Shown here: in pieces, positions 1 to 8,207 of the stretch | Numbering within the stretch: position 1 is the first letter of the stretch | Layout: each line of letters begins with the position of its first letter | NCBI GenBank assembly: GCA_964617025.1 | Contig: CAZTVU010000002.1 | Span: forward strand, 1-54,853 | Reading direction: 5' to 3' | Length of the DNA: 54,853 nucleotides | DNA from: an uncultured Planctomycetales bacterium | GTDB taxonomy: Bacteria; Planctomycetota; Phycisphaerae; UBA1845; PWPN01 | Notes under the pieces: generated by a model | What the model saw: only the letters and a program-made list of their open reading frames with translations | What the model was told of the DNA's origin: nothing | Databases searched by the model: none | Made by a program: the position numbers and the translations under genes

Positions 1-14
1 CCGGGCTTGGATGC

Positions 15-2918
15 TCATCGCTCGGCGTATCGCAGCGTTACCGGCCCAAGAAGGCCCGACTCGAGCAGCGGCATATCCTTTTTGAACTTCTTAACGTTCG
101 TCTTCGTCAGCCTTTGGCCGGGGGGCAGGGCGGCGTCCCCGATCAGGCGATTCGGCCACAAGTTGACCACGGCGATTTGCAGGGCGTTGTCGGTGGGCCG
201 AAGGGCCTCGGTGATGTTGACGTGCCACGGGGCCGTCCATATGACCCCGAGGTCTTTGCCGTTCAAAGTGACCTGCGCCACGTTCTTGACCCTGCCCAGA
301 TCCAGATAGACTTCCCTGCCGAGCCGGGCTGGCGGCGCCGGCAGATAGAACCGCTTCTCATAAACGGCCTTGCCCGAGTAGTACTTGATGCCGGGCTCGG
401 ATCGGCCGGTCCAGTCCTCAAGCCGTTCGAACACGATGGACTCGGGTCCGCCCCAGCGCGGATCGAACTTCACCGTCCACGCCCCGCGCAGTTCGCTGGC
501 CGTAGTGAGCACGGGTACGTTTGGTGCCGTCGAATCGCCTGCGCCATCCGCCAGCCCGCGAAAGACCACGAACCAGGACTGTCGAGGGGCGAATGCCAGC
601 GGAAGGGCAGTTCGGCCGTTTTCTTGTCGGAACCGGCGGGCATCCCGTCGCTCGCCGGTAACGGCGTCCCAGAGTTCCGGCTGCTTGTCCGCCACGCGAA
701 AGACGCAATCGGCCCGTTCCTCGCGGTCCCGCTGATTGGAGACGAAGTAGATCTGCACGTCGCCGGCTGCGCGGTGAATGAAGTCCAGCCGGGCATCCGG
801 GCCGGTCGCGTGGTACTCGAAGTCCGGCGGAACCCCGTCGGCGGCAAGCACCTCCGAGAGCGACTTGCCCCAGATGATGCGCCCCAGGCCCACCTTTCGC
901 TCGGTCACCGTGCGACCGTTCACGTCGCCCCACAACGCATCCGCCAGACGCCGCACCTCGGCATCGCACTCGGGGTAACCGGACAGCCCCGGTGCCCGTT
1001 TGGCCTTGGGGCCGATGACCGTCGCACCGGCCTCGACGAGCTCTCGGACCTTCCGCAGGATCCTCGGAGACATGGCCCTGCGTTCCGGGAGCACGAGCAA
1101 CCGGTAGCTCATTCCGTCCGGCAGCGTGAGGCGCCCCGCCTTCGCCTGCAGTCGATTCAGGAGCACATCGGCGTTTGCCACGTCGCAGTCGTAGCCCGCA
1201 GGTAACGCGGGTTTCATGTACTCCCGGGCGGGTACGTAGTTCGGCACGTCCTCGCCGTAGAAGTACAGCAGATCGGCCACGAACAGCCCCTGCCGAAGCA
1301 TGTACTGGCAGCGACTCAGGTATCGCATCCAGCCGTGGCTGAGGCCCCACCACGTCACGTGCCGGTCGAAATGTGTGCCTGCGGCCTCCCATTGGTAGCC
1401 GGGGAGGGCGTCGGCGTCGCCTTGATGCACATAGAAGCACAGCACGTTTCGCGTGAGGCCGGCGCAGAACGCCCGGTCGCCGATATCCTTCAGGTCGAAG
1501 AAGTCCTCCTCCCAGTTGGGTCCCATCGAAGTGAACGCCTCGGCCTGGCACACCGGCTTGCCGTAGATATGTGCGGCGGAGGCCGCCTGGCGCACGGTGT
1601 CGCAGATCCGGTAATTGTCCGGATCCGCCCATATGACCTTGCCGTCGGGCCTTTCCGGCACCCGCTTCCAGAACTCGCCCATCGGGATGTCGTTGGTACC
1701 GACGAGGTCGAGCGCATCGATGCATGGCCAGAACGGTCCGCCCGATTCGGGGTGCGTGCCGAGCCCGTGCCGTGCGGCCAATTCGCGCATGCGACGATAG
1801 TGCCCCGCCGCAAAGAGGTCTCCGATCGTCCGCCGATAGTCCCACAGGAACCGGTTCGACACCCCGCGACTGCCCACGATCCTGCCGGCAAGCACCGGCA
1901 GGTAGGGAAGCAGGTCGTAGCCGCGCCGAGCCTTGAACTCCTCCCGAAACGCGGGCGTCCAGTTCATCTGCAGGCCGTTGGGTCCGCACACCTCGTAGCT
2001 GTCGTCGTGGACGTACCTGAGCGTCTTGCCGGCCAGGGTGCCGGCTTCGGCGATCAGCCTGGCCCCTGTCTCCGCCCAATGGGCATCCATGGCCGCCGTG
2101 CTGAAGAAGTCGATCTCGAGTCCCTGCGAACCCGGACTCACGCACTTGGTTTTCGCCCCCAGCAGGGTGTAGCCGAATCGCAGAACGGTCCAGGCTCCGT
2201 TGGGCGCATCCCATGTCAGGCGGCCGGCGGAATCCATGTGCGCTGACAGATCAACGACGTCGCTCGGATCGCAATCTCGCTCGCCGGGCGTCTCCGGTTC
2301 TTCCTCGTGCAACCGGTCCGGAGGCATATTCAGCCACGCACGGGCGGCCTTGACATCCCAGTGCTTTAAAGGCTTGGCGTTCGCCGGGCGAGTTCCGGTT
2401 GGATACGCCACGACGGCGACATCGCGATAGTACCCCTCGCGGCACTCGGGCCGGGGCAATTCCCGTCGCACGGCCTCCGGTCCCTTCACGTCGATTGCCG
2501 ACCAGACGAGCGTTTTCGCCGCGTGTTCGGGCGTCACCCACGTGCCGCCCGCATTCCACCCGCTGCAGAGGTTCACACCGACCTCGATTTCCAATCGGGC
2601 GGCCTCGCGCAACGCGTGCCGATACAGGTCGAGCCACGCCGGGCTCATGAATACAGGCCCCTTCGGTGCGTCCGGACCGCCCTCGCCGGCGTCGAACAGC
2701 AGCACACCGCCGAGGCCCTGTCGCTTCATTTCCTCCAGATCCATTGTGATGCCCGCAGGCGTCGCGTAACCGTCGAGCCACCACCAGTATGCCCAGGGTC
2801 TGGCGGATTGGGGCGGCGCGGCAAACCCCGCTTCGAGATCGGCGGCACCCCCAAGCGCGGGAACCTGGACAACGAGAAGAAGTGCCGTCGCCGAACCTGC
2901 CAACGAGTGGTTTATCAT
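15..2918 (-). CDS. Large secreted glycoside hydrolase, GH106-like (alpha-L-rhamnosidase-type) with a C-terminal galactose-binding-like domain
   Basis: 967-aa ORF with a hydrophobic N-terminus (SATALLLVVQVPALGGAA). The motif RPWAYWWWLDGYATPAGITMDLEEMKRQGLGGVLLFD and the C-terminal VYLDLGRVKNVAQVTLNGKDLGV...NLWPNRLIGD match a class of ~950-aa bacterial glycosidases. The family name is recalled from memory and needs an HMM check. Confidence 0.75.
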   Translation of the reverse strand: MINHSLAGSATALLLVVQVPALGGAADLEAGFAAPPQSARPWAYWWWLDGYATPAGITMDLEEMKRQGLGGVLLFDAGEGGPDAPKGPVFMSPAWLDLYRHALREAARLEIEVGVNLCSGWNAGGTWVTPEHAAKTLVWSAIDVKGPEAVRRELPRPECREGYYRDVAVVAYPTGTRPANAKPLKHWDVKAARAWLNMPPDRLHEEEPETPGERDCDPSDVVDLSAHMDSAGRLTWDAPNGAWTVLRFGYTLLGAKTKCVSPGSQGLEIDFFSTAAMDAHWAETGARLIAEAGTLAGKTLRYVHDDSYEVCGPNGLQMNWTPAFREEFKARRGYDLLPYLPVLAGRIVGSRGVSNRFLWDYRRTIGDLFAAGHYRRMRELAARHGLGTHPESGGPFWPCIDALDLVGTNDIPMGEFWKRVPERPDGKVIWADPDNYRICDTVRQAASAAHIYGKPVCQAEAFTSMGPNWEEDFFDLKDIGDRAFCAGLTRNVLCFYVHQGDADALPGYQWEAAGTHFDRHVTWWGLSHGWMRYLSRCQYMLRQGLFVADLLYFYGEDVPNYVPAREYMKPALPAGYDCDVANADVLLNRLQAKAGRLTLPDGMSYRLLVLPERRAMSPRILRKVRELVEAGATVIGPKAKRAPGLSGYPECDAEVRRLADALWGDVNGRTVTERKVGLGRIIWGKSLSEVLAADGVPPDFEYHATGPDARLDFIHRAAGDVQIYFVSNQRDREERADCVFRVADKQPELWDAVTGERRDARRFRQENGRTALPLAFAPRQSWFVVFRGLADGAGDSTAPNVPVLTTASELRGAWTVKFDPRWGGPESIVFERLEDWTGRSEPGIKYYSGKAVYEKRFYLPAPPARLGREVYLDLGRVKNVAQVTLNGKDLGVIWTAPWHVNITEALRPTDNALQIAVVNLWPNRLIGDAALPPGQRLTKTNVKKFKKDMPLLESGLLGPVTLRYAER

Positions 2919-3256
2919 TACCGGGCCTCGCTATTCCGCCTCGGGCGGCTATCTTGCGAAAGCCGTGCGGCGGGCGTCAGCCGTTGTATTGAACCGCATG
3001 GCCAATCCCGCATAGAGTACCCCTACGCGGGCACGCGATCCACTGCGGATGCCCGCGCGGGGCTGCAAGTGTTCATTACCCCAAAATGGGGCAGTGCCAA
3101 GCCGCGACATCCACTTGTTGAGGCACGGCGACTAAAAAAGTTTAGTTTTCTTTCGTCACCATTACTGTCGTTATAAGATCTTGTGAATACGATAGTTGTG
3201 ATCATTCGCGAGACCCCGTCGGTTCAGGAGTGCGATTGGAAAAGGCGAATCTTGTG

Positions 3257-3285
3257 TTGACAGCTAAAGGACACGCCGGTAGTAT
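3257..3285 (+). promoter_or_regulatory. Sigma70-like promoter candidate: TTGACA-17 nt-TAGTAT
   Basis: Perfect -35 at 3257-3262, a 17-nt spacer, and TAGTAT at 3280-3285. It sits in an AT-richer intergenic region about 170 nt upstream of the 3453 start. Confidence 0.4.
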
Positions 3286-3452
3286 GGGGAGACATGGAAG
3301 GGGTTCGGTGAATTCTTCCGGATAATCCAGGGAGGTGGGTGCAGGGAGAGCGTCGACGTGCCGGCGGAGCGGTGCCACATGCCAGATGTGGCTTCATAAT
3401 GTTTAGGGCGAAGAGGTTTGGTGCAAGTCCCTTTTTGATGAAGGAGCGAAGC

Positions 3453-4109
3453 ATGTTGCGAGTTACGTTTGTTGGTATGGCCTTGCTGGGACTCAGCGTC
3501 TCGGCGGCGATGGCGGCACCGGGCGATTCGTGGATTCTGCCGATTCACCATCGTGACGGCGGCGGCTGGACTGAACTGCCTGGGGCCGGTTATGGCGGGT
3601 CAAGTGCCTGGCAGGCGAGCGGGGCGGACGGCGTCCGCCGCGTGTACTGGGAGCTCGACGGCCCGGGCGTTCCCACAACCACCGAGCTGTACACGATTCA
3701 GGCCTTCGCGCCGACGGCGGGACCGGGCAACTGGCAGCCGATCGAATCCCAGTTCAAAGGCGTCAACGGCGAGACCTATCCCATTGAGCCGCTGATTCCC
3801 TGGGTGGGCGCTTTCGGCACGAACCACCAGTACATCGGCAGCGACTTTGGTGACGCCGAGCGCGGGACATTCGACGCCACCGGCCCCGGGCCGCACACAC
3901 CCGATAGCGCTGACTACAATGCCGGCGCCGGCGGCACGTACATGTGGCTGACCAAGGGTTCGTGGCTGTACGCCAAGTGGGACTTCCCTTGGTCCATCGA
4001 CCGTGCATGGAGCGCTCTGAAGCTGACGCAGGTCACGCCGGAGCCGACGAGCATGATCCTGCTGGCTCTTGGCGGCGCGGCGGTGCTGCGTCGCAAGAGC
4101 CGTGTCTGA
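3453..4109 (+). CDS. Secreted PEP-CTERM domain protein (exosortase-sorted type), function unknown
   Basis: ATG at 3453 preceded by AAGGAG (3441-3446). Signal peptide MLRVTFVGMALLGLSVSAAMA. C-terminal VTPEPTSMILLALGGAAVLRRKSRV gives PEP, a TM helix and a basic tail. The longer ORF-track start (3339) lacks these features. Confidence 0.8.
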   Translation: MLRVTFVGMALLGLSVSAAMAAPGDSWILPIHHRDGGGWTELPGAGYGGSSAWQASGADGVRRVYWELDGPGVPTTTELYTIQAFAPTAGPGNWQPIESQFKGVNGETYPIEPLIPWVGAFGTNHQYIGSDFGDAERGTFDATGPGPHTPDSADYNAGAGGTYMWLTKGSWLYAKWDFPWSIDRAWSALKLTQVTPEPTSMILLALGGAAVLRRKSRV

Positions 4110-4213
4110 TGCGGGCGTAGCGGAACGCTGCAAGTGAGGAAACGGAAACTGGCAGAGCAGGGACGCGCGGCGTGCCTGCCCTGCCAATCCTTTGCGCGGA
4201 TGAGGAGGATCGC

Positions 4214-5254
4214 ATGGCGATGCGAAGCTTGGCGATCGGAATCGTGATGTTGGTGGCAGGGGGGTCGGCCGCGGGCGCCGTGGTCTTCTACGACGGCTTC
4301 GAAACGGGTATGTCCAACTGGAGCGCATGGCAGGATCTGAGTTGGGTCAGCGGGACGGCCGGATGCAACAGGGAATCCAACTGTTGGGGGCCGTTCCAGC
4401 TGTTTCAGTCCGATAATCACCCGCGGACGGGGTCCAAGTGCGCCCGCCAGGAGCAGGCGCAGCCGTGGTGGTACGGAAGCCGGATCGCCACCCCACTGAT
4501 CCTTCCGCCGGACAAGACGGTTCGGCTGAGCGTATGGCAGTTCGAGGACGCCAACCCCATGTTCCGGCAGCCGGCGACGAATCCGCCCGCGCCCGGCGAT
4601 CCGCGCCAATACCACGACCACGACCAGGTCCAAGGGTGGGTCTGTCTGATGGGCGGCGAGGGCGGTGAGGAGGAGACGGAGTTCTTCGCCATCGGCGTGC
4701 ATGCGCACTGGGCCAGCCCGGAGCCCGTCCTGGACTGGTGGCGGAACCTGTCCTGGTCGACGGGATGGGACTCCTGGCACACGACGTCCTTCGCCCGCGC
4801 GCAGGGGTTTCGCCACCTGGAGATCTGGGTCCATCCGTACACCGGCGGGCCGGCCGACGTGCAGTTCTTCATCAACGGCGAGAAGGTCGGCGAGGCCCCC
4901 CGTTTGCCCGGATCGACCTCCACCGGCGTGCCCGTTCGGTGGATTGCTCTTGGGGCCAACCCGACCTATATGGCCGAGGACTACATCGCCAACACGTATG
5001 AGTTCTTCTGGTACGACGACGTGAAGGTGACGGTCGGCGCCCTCGGCGATTACGACGACGACGGCGACGCGGACCTCGCGGACTTCTCGCACTTCCAGAC
5101 CTGTTTCAACGGCCCCAATCGGCCCGCGGCCGATCCGGTCGCCTGCCTGGATGCGGACATGGACAGCGACGGCGACGTGGACCTGGCGGACTTCGGCGTG
5201 TTCCAGGCCTGTTTCAACGGGCCGAACAATCCGGTGCCGGCCGCCTGCCGCTAG
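4214..5254 (+). CDS. Secreted protein with an unknown N-terminal domain and a C-terminal Cys-containing tandem dockerin-like (EF-hand) module
   Basis: ATG at 4214 preceded by GAGGAGGA. Signal-like MAMRSLAIGIVMLVAGGSAAGA. The C-terminus is DYDDDGDADLADFSHFQTCFNGPNR...DADMDSDGDVDLADFGVFQACFNGPNNPVPAACR. Confidence 0.8.
   Translation: MAMRSLAIGIVMLVAGGSAAGAVVFYDGFETGMSNWSAWQDLSWVSGTAGCNRESNCWGPFQLFQSDNHPRTGSKCARQEQAQPWWYGSRIATPLILPPDKTVRLSVWQFEDANPMFRQPATNPPAPGDPRQYHDHDQVQGWVCLMGGEGGEEETEFFAIGVHAHWASPEPVLDWWRNLSWSTGWDSWHTTSFARAQGFRHLEIWVHPYTGGPADVQFFINGEKVGEAPRLPGSTSTGVPVRWIALGANPTYMAEDYIANTYEFFWYDDVKVTVGALGDYDDDGDADLADFSHFQTCFNGPNRPAADPVACLDADMDSDGDVDLADFGVFQACFNGPNNPVPAACR
5045..5251 (+). repeat. 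Coding tandem repeat: two dockerin-like Dx(D/N)xDxD-V-DL-x-DF-xxF-xx-CFNGPN units (copy set 1 of 3 in the window)
   Basis: Two about 25-codon units in one frame. The same module recurs at 27681-27890 and 32081-32278. Confidence 0.85.
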
Positions 5255-5302
5255 AATGACGGGAGACGGCACCTCGTCCTCGCGCAGGTCGTCCGGACTC
5301 CG

Positions 5303-5331
5303 TTGACGCATGTTATGCGTTCGCGTAATCT
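5303..5331 (+). promoter_or_regulatory. Sigma70-like promoter candidate: TTGACG-17 nt-TAATCT
   Basis: -35 at 5303-5308 and -10 at 5326-5331, about 40 nt upstream of the 5373 start. Confidence 0.35.
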
Positions 5332-5372
5332 GCGTCGGTCATCCGCAGGCGCGATGCGAGGGAAGGTGCCGC

Positions 5373-6200
5373 ATGTCCGACTCCGCCGCCGTATGCTCTG
5401 TGTGTCGATTGGTTTTGCGCTTGGTCGTTCCGCTCGTCATGCTGTCCGGCTGCGCGTACGAGCGGGAAATTGCGGATCGGCGGTTCGCGGCCATGAGCGT
5501 CGAAACGCCTGAAGCGCCGCCCGATGCGGCAGCCCTGGAGGAGGAACGGGTGCCGCCGGCGATGAGCGCGGCTTTGGGCAGGCCGGCCGCGGACGCGGCG
5601 AACGCGGGCCGCATGGAACTCGCGAGCTACTCGCCCGAGGAGGCGGCAGCGACGGCCCCGGCCCGGCGGATGCTCGTCTACAACGCGCGACTTGGCATCT
5701 CCGTCGCCGATGTGGACTCGGCGATGAAGCGGGCCGAAGCGTTGGCCGCCGAGTTCGAGGGCTACGTGCAGAAGGCGTCGGCCCGCGAGGTCACGCTGCG
5801 GATACCGGCGGCGAAGTTTCGGGACGCCGTGGAGAAGCTGTGCGCCTTGGGCGCCGTCACCGACAAGAACATCGAGGCCATGGACATCACTGAGGAGTTC
5901 ATGGACCTCGAACTGCGGCTGGCGAACGCCCGGGCCTTGCGAAAGCGCCTGGAGGAGCTCCTCAAGCGGGCCGAGACCGTCAAGGAGACGATCGAGGTCG
6001 AGCGCGAGTTGAACCGCATCCGCGAGGAGGTCGAACGGCTCGAAGGCCGCATCCGTTACCTGTCCAGCCAGATCGCCTTCAGCACGATCATCGTAACCTG
6101 GAGGCCCATTGAGCAGCGTGTGACGCGGGGCCGGCGTCCGGCGTTGCCGTTCGCGTGGCTGCGGGAACTGGGCGTTGAGCAGTTGATCGGTCGGCCGTGA
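5373..6200 (+). CDS. DUF4349-type lipoprotein (coiled-coil periplasmic protein)
   Basis: Lipobox VMLSGC after the ATG at 5373. The body (MLVYNARLGISVADVDSAMKRAEALAAEFEGYVQKA...DITEEFMDLELRLANARALRKRLEELL...LEGRIRYLSSQIAFSTIIVTW) matches the DUF4349 pattern as I recall it. Confidence 0.75.
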   Translation: MSDSAAVCSVCRLVLRLVVPLVMLSGCAYEREIADRRFAAMSVETPEAPPDAAALEEERVPPAMSAALGRPAADAANAGRMELASYSPEEAAATAPARRMLVYNARLGISVADVDSAMKRAEALAAEFEGYVQKASAREVTLRIPAAKFRDAVEKLCALGAVTDKNIEAMDITEEFMDLELRLANARALRKRLEELLKRAETVKETIEVERELNRIREEVERLEGRIRYLSSQIAFSTIIVTWRPIEQRVTRGRRPALPFAWLRELGVEQLIGRP

Positions 6201-6235
6201 GGCCTGCGGTGCACGTGCACGCAAGGAGAGCGGTC

Positions 6236-6691
6236 ATGAAGAGGTGCGTGGTACTGCTGGCGGCCGGTGCGGCGGCCGCTCTTTTCGGCTGCGACGCCAT
6301 GCCGACGCCCAAGGGTTTCGTCCGTGTCGACCCGCCGCAAAGTTACACCTATCGGGCGGTTTCGGCCGACGGCGCCGTCCTGTCGGTGCGCACGGAGGAG
6401 AACCCGCGCGACGGCACGCTCGAGTTCTGGTCCAGGGCAATCGGCAACGAGTTGATCGATGCCCGCGGCTACAAGCTTGATGCCCGCCGCGATGTCAAGA
6501 GCCTGGGCGGCACGCCGGGCGTCGAGATGCTCATGAAGTCACAACTCCAGGGCGTCGACTACTTGTATCTGCTGACCGTTTTCGTGAAATCCGAGCGAGT
6601 GATCGTCTTTGAGGCGGCCGGGCCGGTGTCCACCCTGGAATCGGACGTGGACGCCATCCGCGAGGCCGTTCGGGCGTCGAAGCTACTGTGA
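6236..6691 (+). CDS. Small lipoprotein, function unknown
   Basis: ATG at 6236 preceded by AAGGAGAG. Signal and lipobox MKRCVVLLAAGAAAALFGC. It lies immediately downstream of the DUF4349 gene. Confidence 0.7.
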   Translation: MKRCVVLLAAGAAAALFGCDAMPTPKGFVRVDPPQSYTYRAVSADGAVLSVRTEENPRDGTLEFWSRAIGNELIDARGYKLDARRDVKSLGGTPGVEMLMKSQLQGVDYLYLLTVFVKSERVIVFEAAGPVSTLESDVDAIREAVRASKLL

Positions 6692-6757
6692 ACGGGCTTC
6701 GGCCTTCGCAAGGCACTTCATCGACCCCCGCAGGGCGATCGGTCGAGGGCCGCGACC

Positions 6758-6786
6758 TTGACGCGTTCGGGGCATCCGCCTATCCT
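6758..6786 (+). promoter_or_regulatory. Sigma70-like promoter candidate: TTGACG-17 nt-TATCCT
   Basis: -35 at 6758-6763 and -10 at 6781-6786, about 58 nt upstream of the pheA ATG at 6844. Confidence 0.35.
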
Positions 6787-6843
6787 TCAAGTTTCCCGAC
6801 CTGTGATCAGGCGGGATTCCCTTTGCGTAACCGGTTGTCCGCC

Positions 6844-7914
6844 ATGGCGTTAGAGGATCTCCGCAAACAGATTGACGCCCTCGACGAGCAGATCGTCGAC
6901 CTGTTGAATCAGCGCGCAAGGATCGTCATCGAGATCGGCAAGATCAAGAACGCTCAGGGGACGCCCGTCTATTCTCCGGATCGCGAGAAGGCCGTTCTGG
7001 AAAAGGTGCGGAATGCGAACCGCGGCCCGCTTCCGAACGGCACGATCGAGGCGATTTACCGGGAGTTGATGAGCGGTTCTTTTGCGCTCGAGAAGCCGCT
7101 TCGCATCGCCTTCCTCGGCCCCGAGGGCAGTTACTCCCACCTGGCCGCCATGGGCAAGTTCGGGGCTTCGGTCGAGTACGAGGCCGTCACCGACATCCGG
7201 GGGGTCTTCGAGGAGGTGATGAAGGCTCACGCCGACTTTGCCATTGTTCCAATCGAGAACTCCACCGGCGGCGGGGTCATCGATACGCTCGATGCGCTGG
7301 TCGACTCGGATGTCCGCATCTGTGCGGAAATCAACCGGTTCATCCACCATAACCTGATGGCGAACTGCCCGCTTGAGGCCATCGAACGCGTGTACTCGAA
7401 GCCTGAGGTCTTCTCGCAGTGCCAGCGCTGGCTCTCGGAGACGGGCCTGATGACCAAGACGATCGCCGTGGCCAGCACCAGCAAGGCGGCCGAACTGGCC
7501 CGCAGCGAGCCCAGTGCGGCGGCGATCGGCAGCTCGCTGGCCGCGGAGCTCTACGGTCTCAAACTGGTCTGTGCCAACATCGAGGATAATCCGCACAACG
7601 TCACCCGTTTCTTCGTGATCGGCAAGGAGAGCGCCAAGCCGACGGGCGACGACAAGACGTCCGTCATGTTTATCACGGCGGACAAGCCGGGCGCCCTGGT
7701 GGACGTCCTGGAGGCCTTTCGCAGCGAGAACGTCAACCTGTCGTTCATCCAGTCGCGGCCGAGCAAGAAGCGGAACTGGGAGTACTACTTCTTCGCCGAC
7801 GCCAAGGGTCATGTACAGGATGAGAACGTGCGGCGAGCGCTGGCGAAGGCGGCGGACCACTGCCTGCGGCTGAACGTTCTGGGCTCGTACCCGCAGGCGC
7901 CCGAGCCGACGTAG
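6844..7914 (+). CDS. pheA: Bifunctional chorismate mutase / prephenate dehydratase (P-protein)
   Basis: N-terminal CM motif MALEDLRKQIDALDEQIVDLLNQRARIVIEIGKIK. PDT domain IAFLGPEGSYSH...IVPIENSTGG...TRF. C-terminal ACT-like region (TSVMFITADKPGALVDVLEAF...SFIQSRP). Confidence 0.93.
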   Translation: MALEDLRKQIDALDEQIVDLLNQRARIVIEIGKIKNAQGTPVYSPDREKAVLEKVRNANRGPLPNGTIEAIYRELMSGSFALEKPLRIAFLGPEGSYSHLAAMGKFGASVEYEAVTDIRGVFEEVMKAHADFAIVPIENSTGGGVIDTLDALVDSDVRICAEINRFIHHNLMANCPLEAIERVYSKPEVFSQCQRWLSETGLMTKTIAVASTSKAAELARSEPSAAAIGSSLAAELYGLKLVCANIEDNPHNVTRFFVIGKESAKPTGDDKTSVMFITADKPGALVDVLEAFRSENVNLSFIQSRPSKKRNWEYYFFADAKGHVQDENVRRALAKAADHCLRLNVLGSYPQAPEPT

Positions 7915-7930
7915 CCGGGGTCGGGAGTCC

Positions 7931-7970
7931 GGGGTTCAGGGTTTAGGGTTCAGGGTTTGGGGTTTGGGGG
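7931..7970 (+). repeat. G-quadruplex-forming, telomere-like G-tract repeat (GGGG TTCA GGG TTTA GGG TTCA GGG TTT GGGG TTT GGGGG)
   Basis: Six G3-5 tracts separated by 3-4 nt T-rich loops, starting 17 nt after the pheA stop on the sense strand. It includes TTTAGGG/TTCAGGG heptamers. Confidence 0.85.
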
Positions 7971-7995
7971 CGCAGCCCGAGCGACCGAGCAGAAA

Positions 7996-8196
7996 AGAAC
8001 GATGAACGAAGAACGATGAATGATGAACGGACGGACTGCGAACCAACGATTTCGCGATTAGCCGACCAAGCGACAAGCGACTATCCGGAATAACGGGCTA
8101 ACGGAATGACGATTTCCCGAGTAACCGAGTAACTGAGGAACCGAGTAACCTCTCGCCGAAATAACGGGCAGGCGGAGGAACCGAATCACCGAGTGA
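7996..8196 (+). repeat. AT-richer intergenic spacer packed with short direct repeats
   Basis: AGAACGATGAA occurs twice (7996-8006, 8010-8020) and GATGAA(C/T) three times. CCGAGTAAC occurs three times (8117-8125, 8125-8133, 8141-8149). GAGGAACCGA occurs twice (8135-8144, 8176-8185). CCG(G/A)AATAACGGGC occurs twice (8085-8098, 8156-8169). Confidence 0.8.
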
Positions 8197-8207
8197 TGGA
8201 GCTTTCG

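Noticed and set aside
418-2214. 598-aa minus-strand ORF and 114..1205 / 1335..2246 plus-strand ORFs
   Set aside because: All overlap the well-supported 967-aa glycosidase ORF in other frames or strands. Their composition is Arg/Gly/Pro-dominated.
3914-5311. 465-aa minus-strand ORF
   Set aside because: It is antisense to two secreted-protein genes that have signal peptides, SDs and recognisable C-terminal modules. It is a shadow ORF.
7931-7970. Real telomere or CRISPR-like array
   Set aside because: The tract is internal, between two housekeeping genes, and is only about 40 bp. It has no spacer and repeat periodicity of CRISPR size and no cas genes. It is kept only as a G4 or regulatory candidate.
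8016-8093. 25-codon micro-ORF (MNDERTDCEPTISRLADQATSDYPE) inside the repeat spacer
   Set aside because: It has no SD and is built from the repeat units themselves, with AT-rich codon usage unlike the genome. It is most likely a chance ORF.
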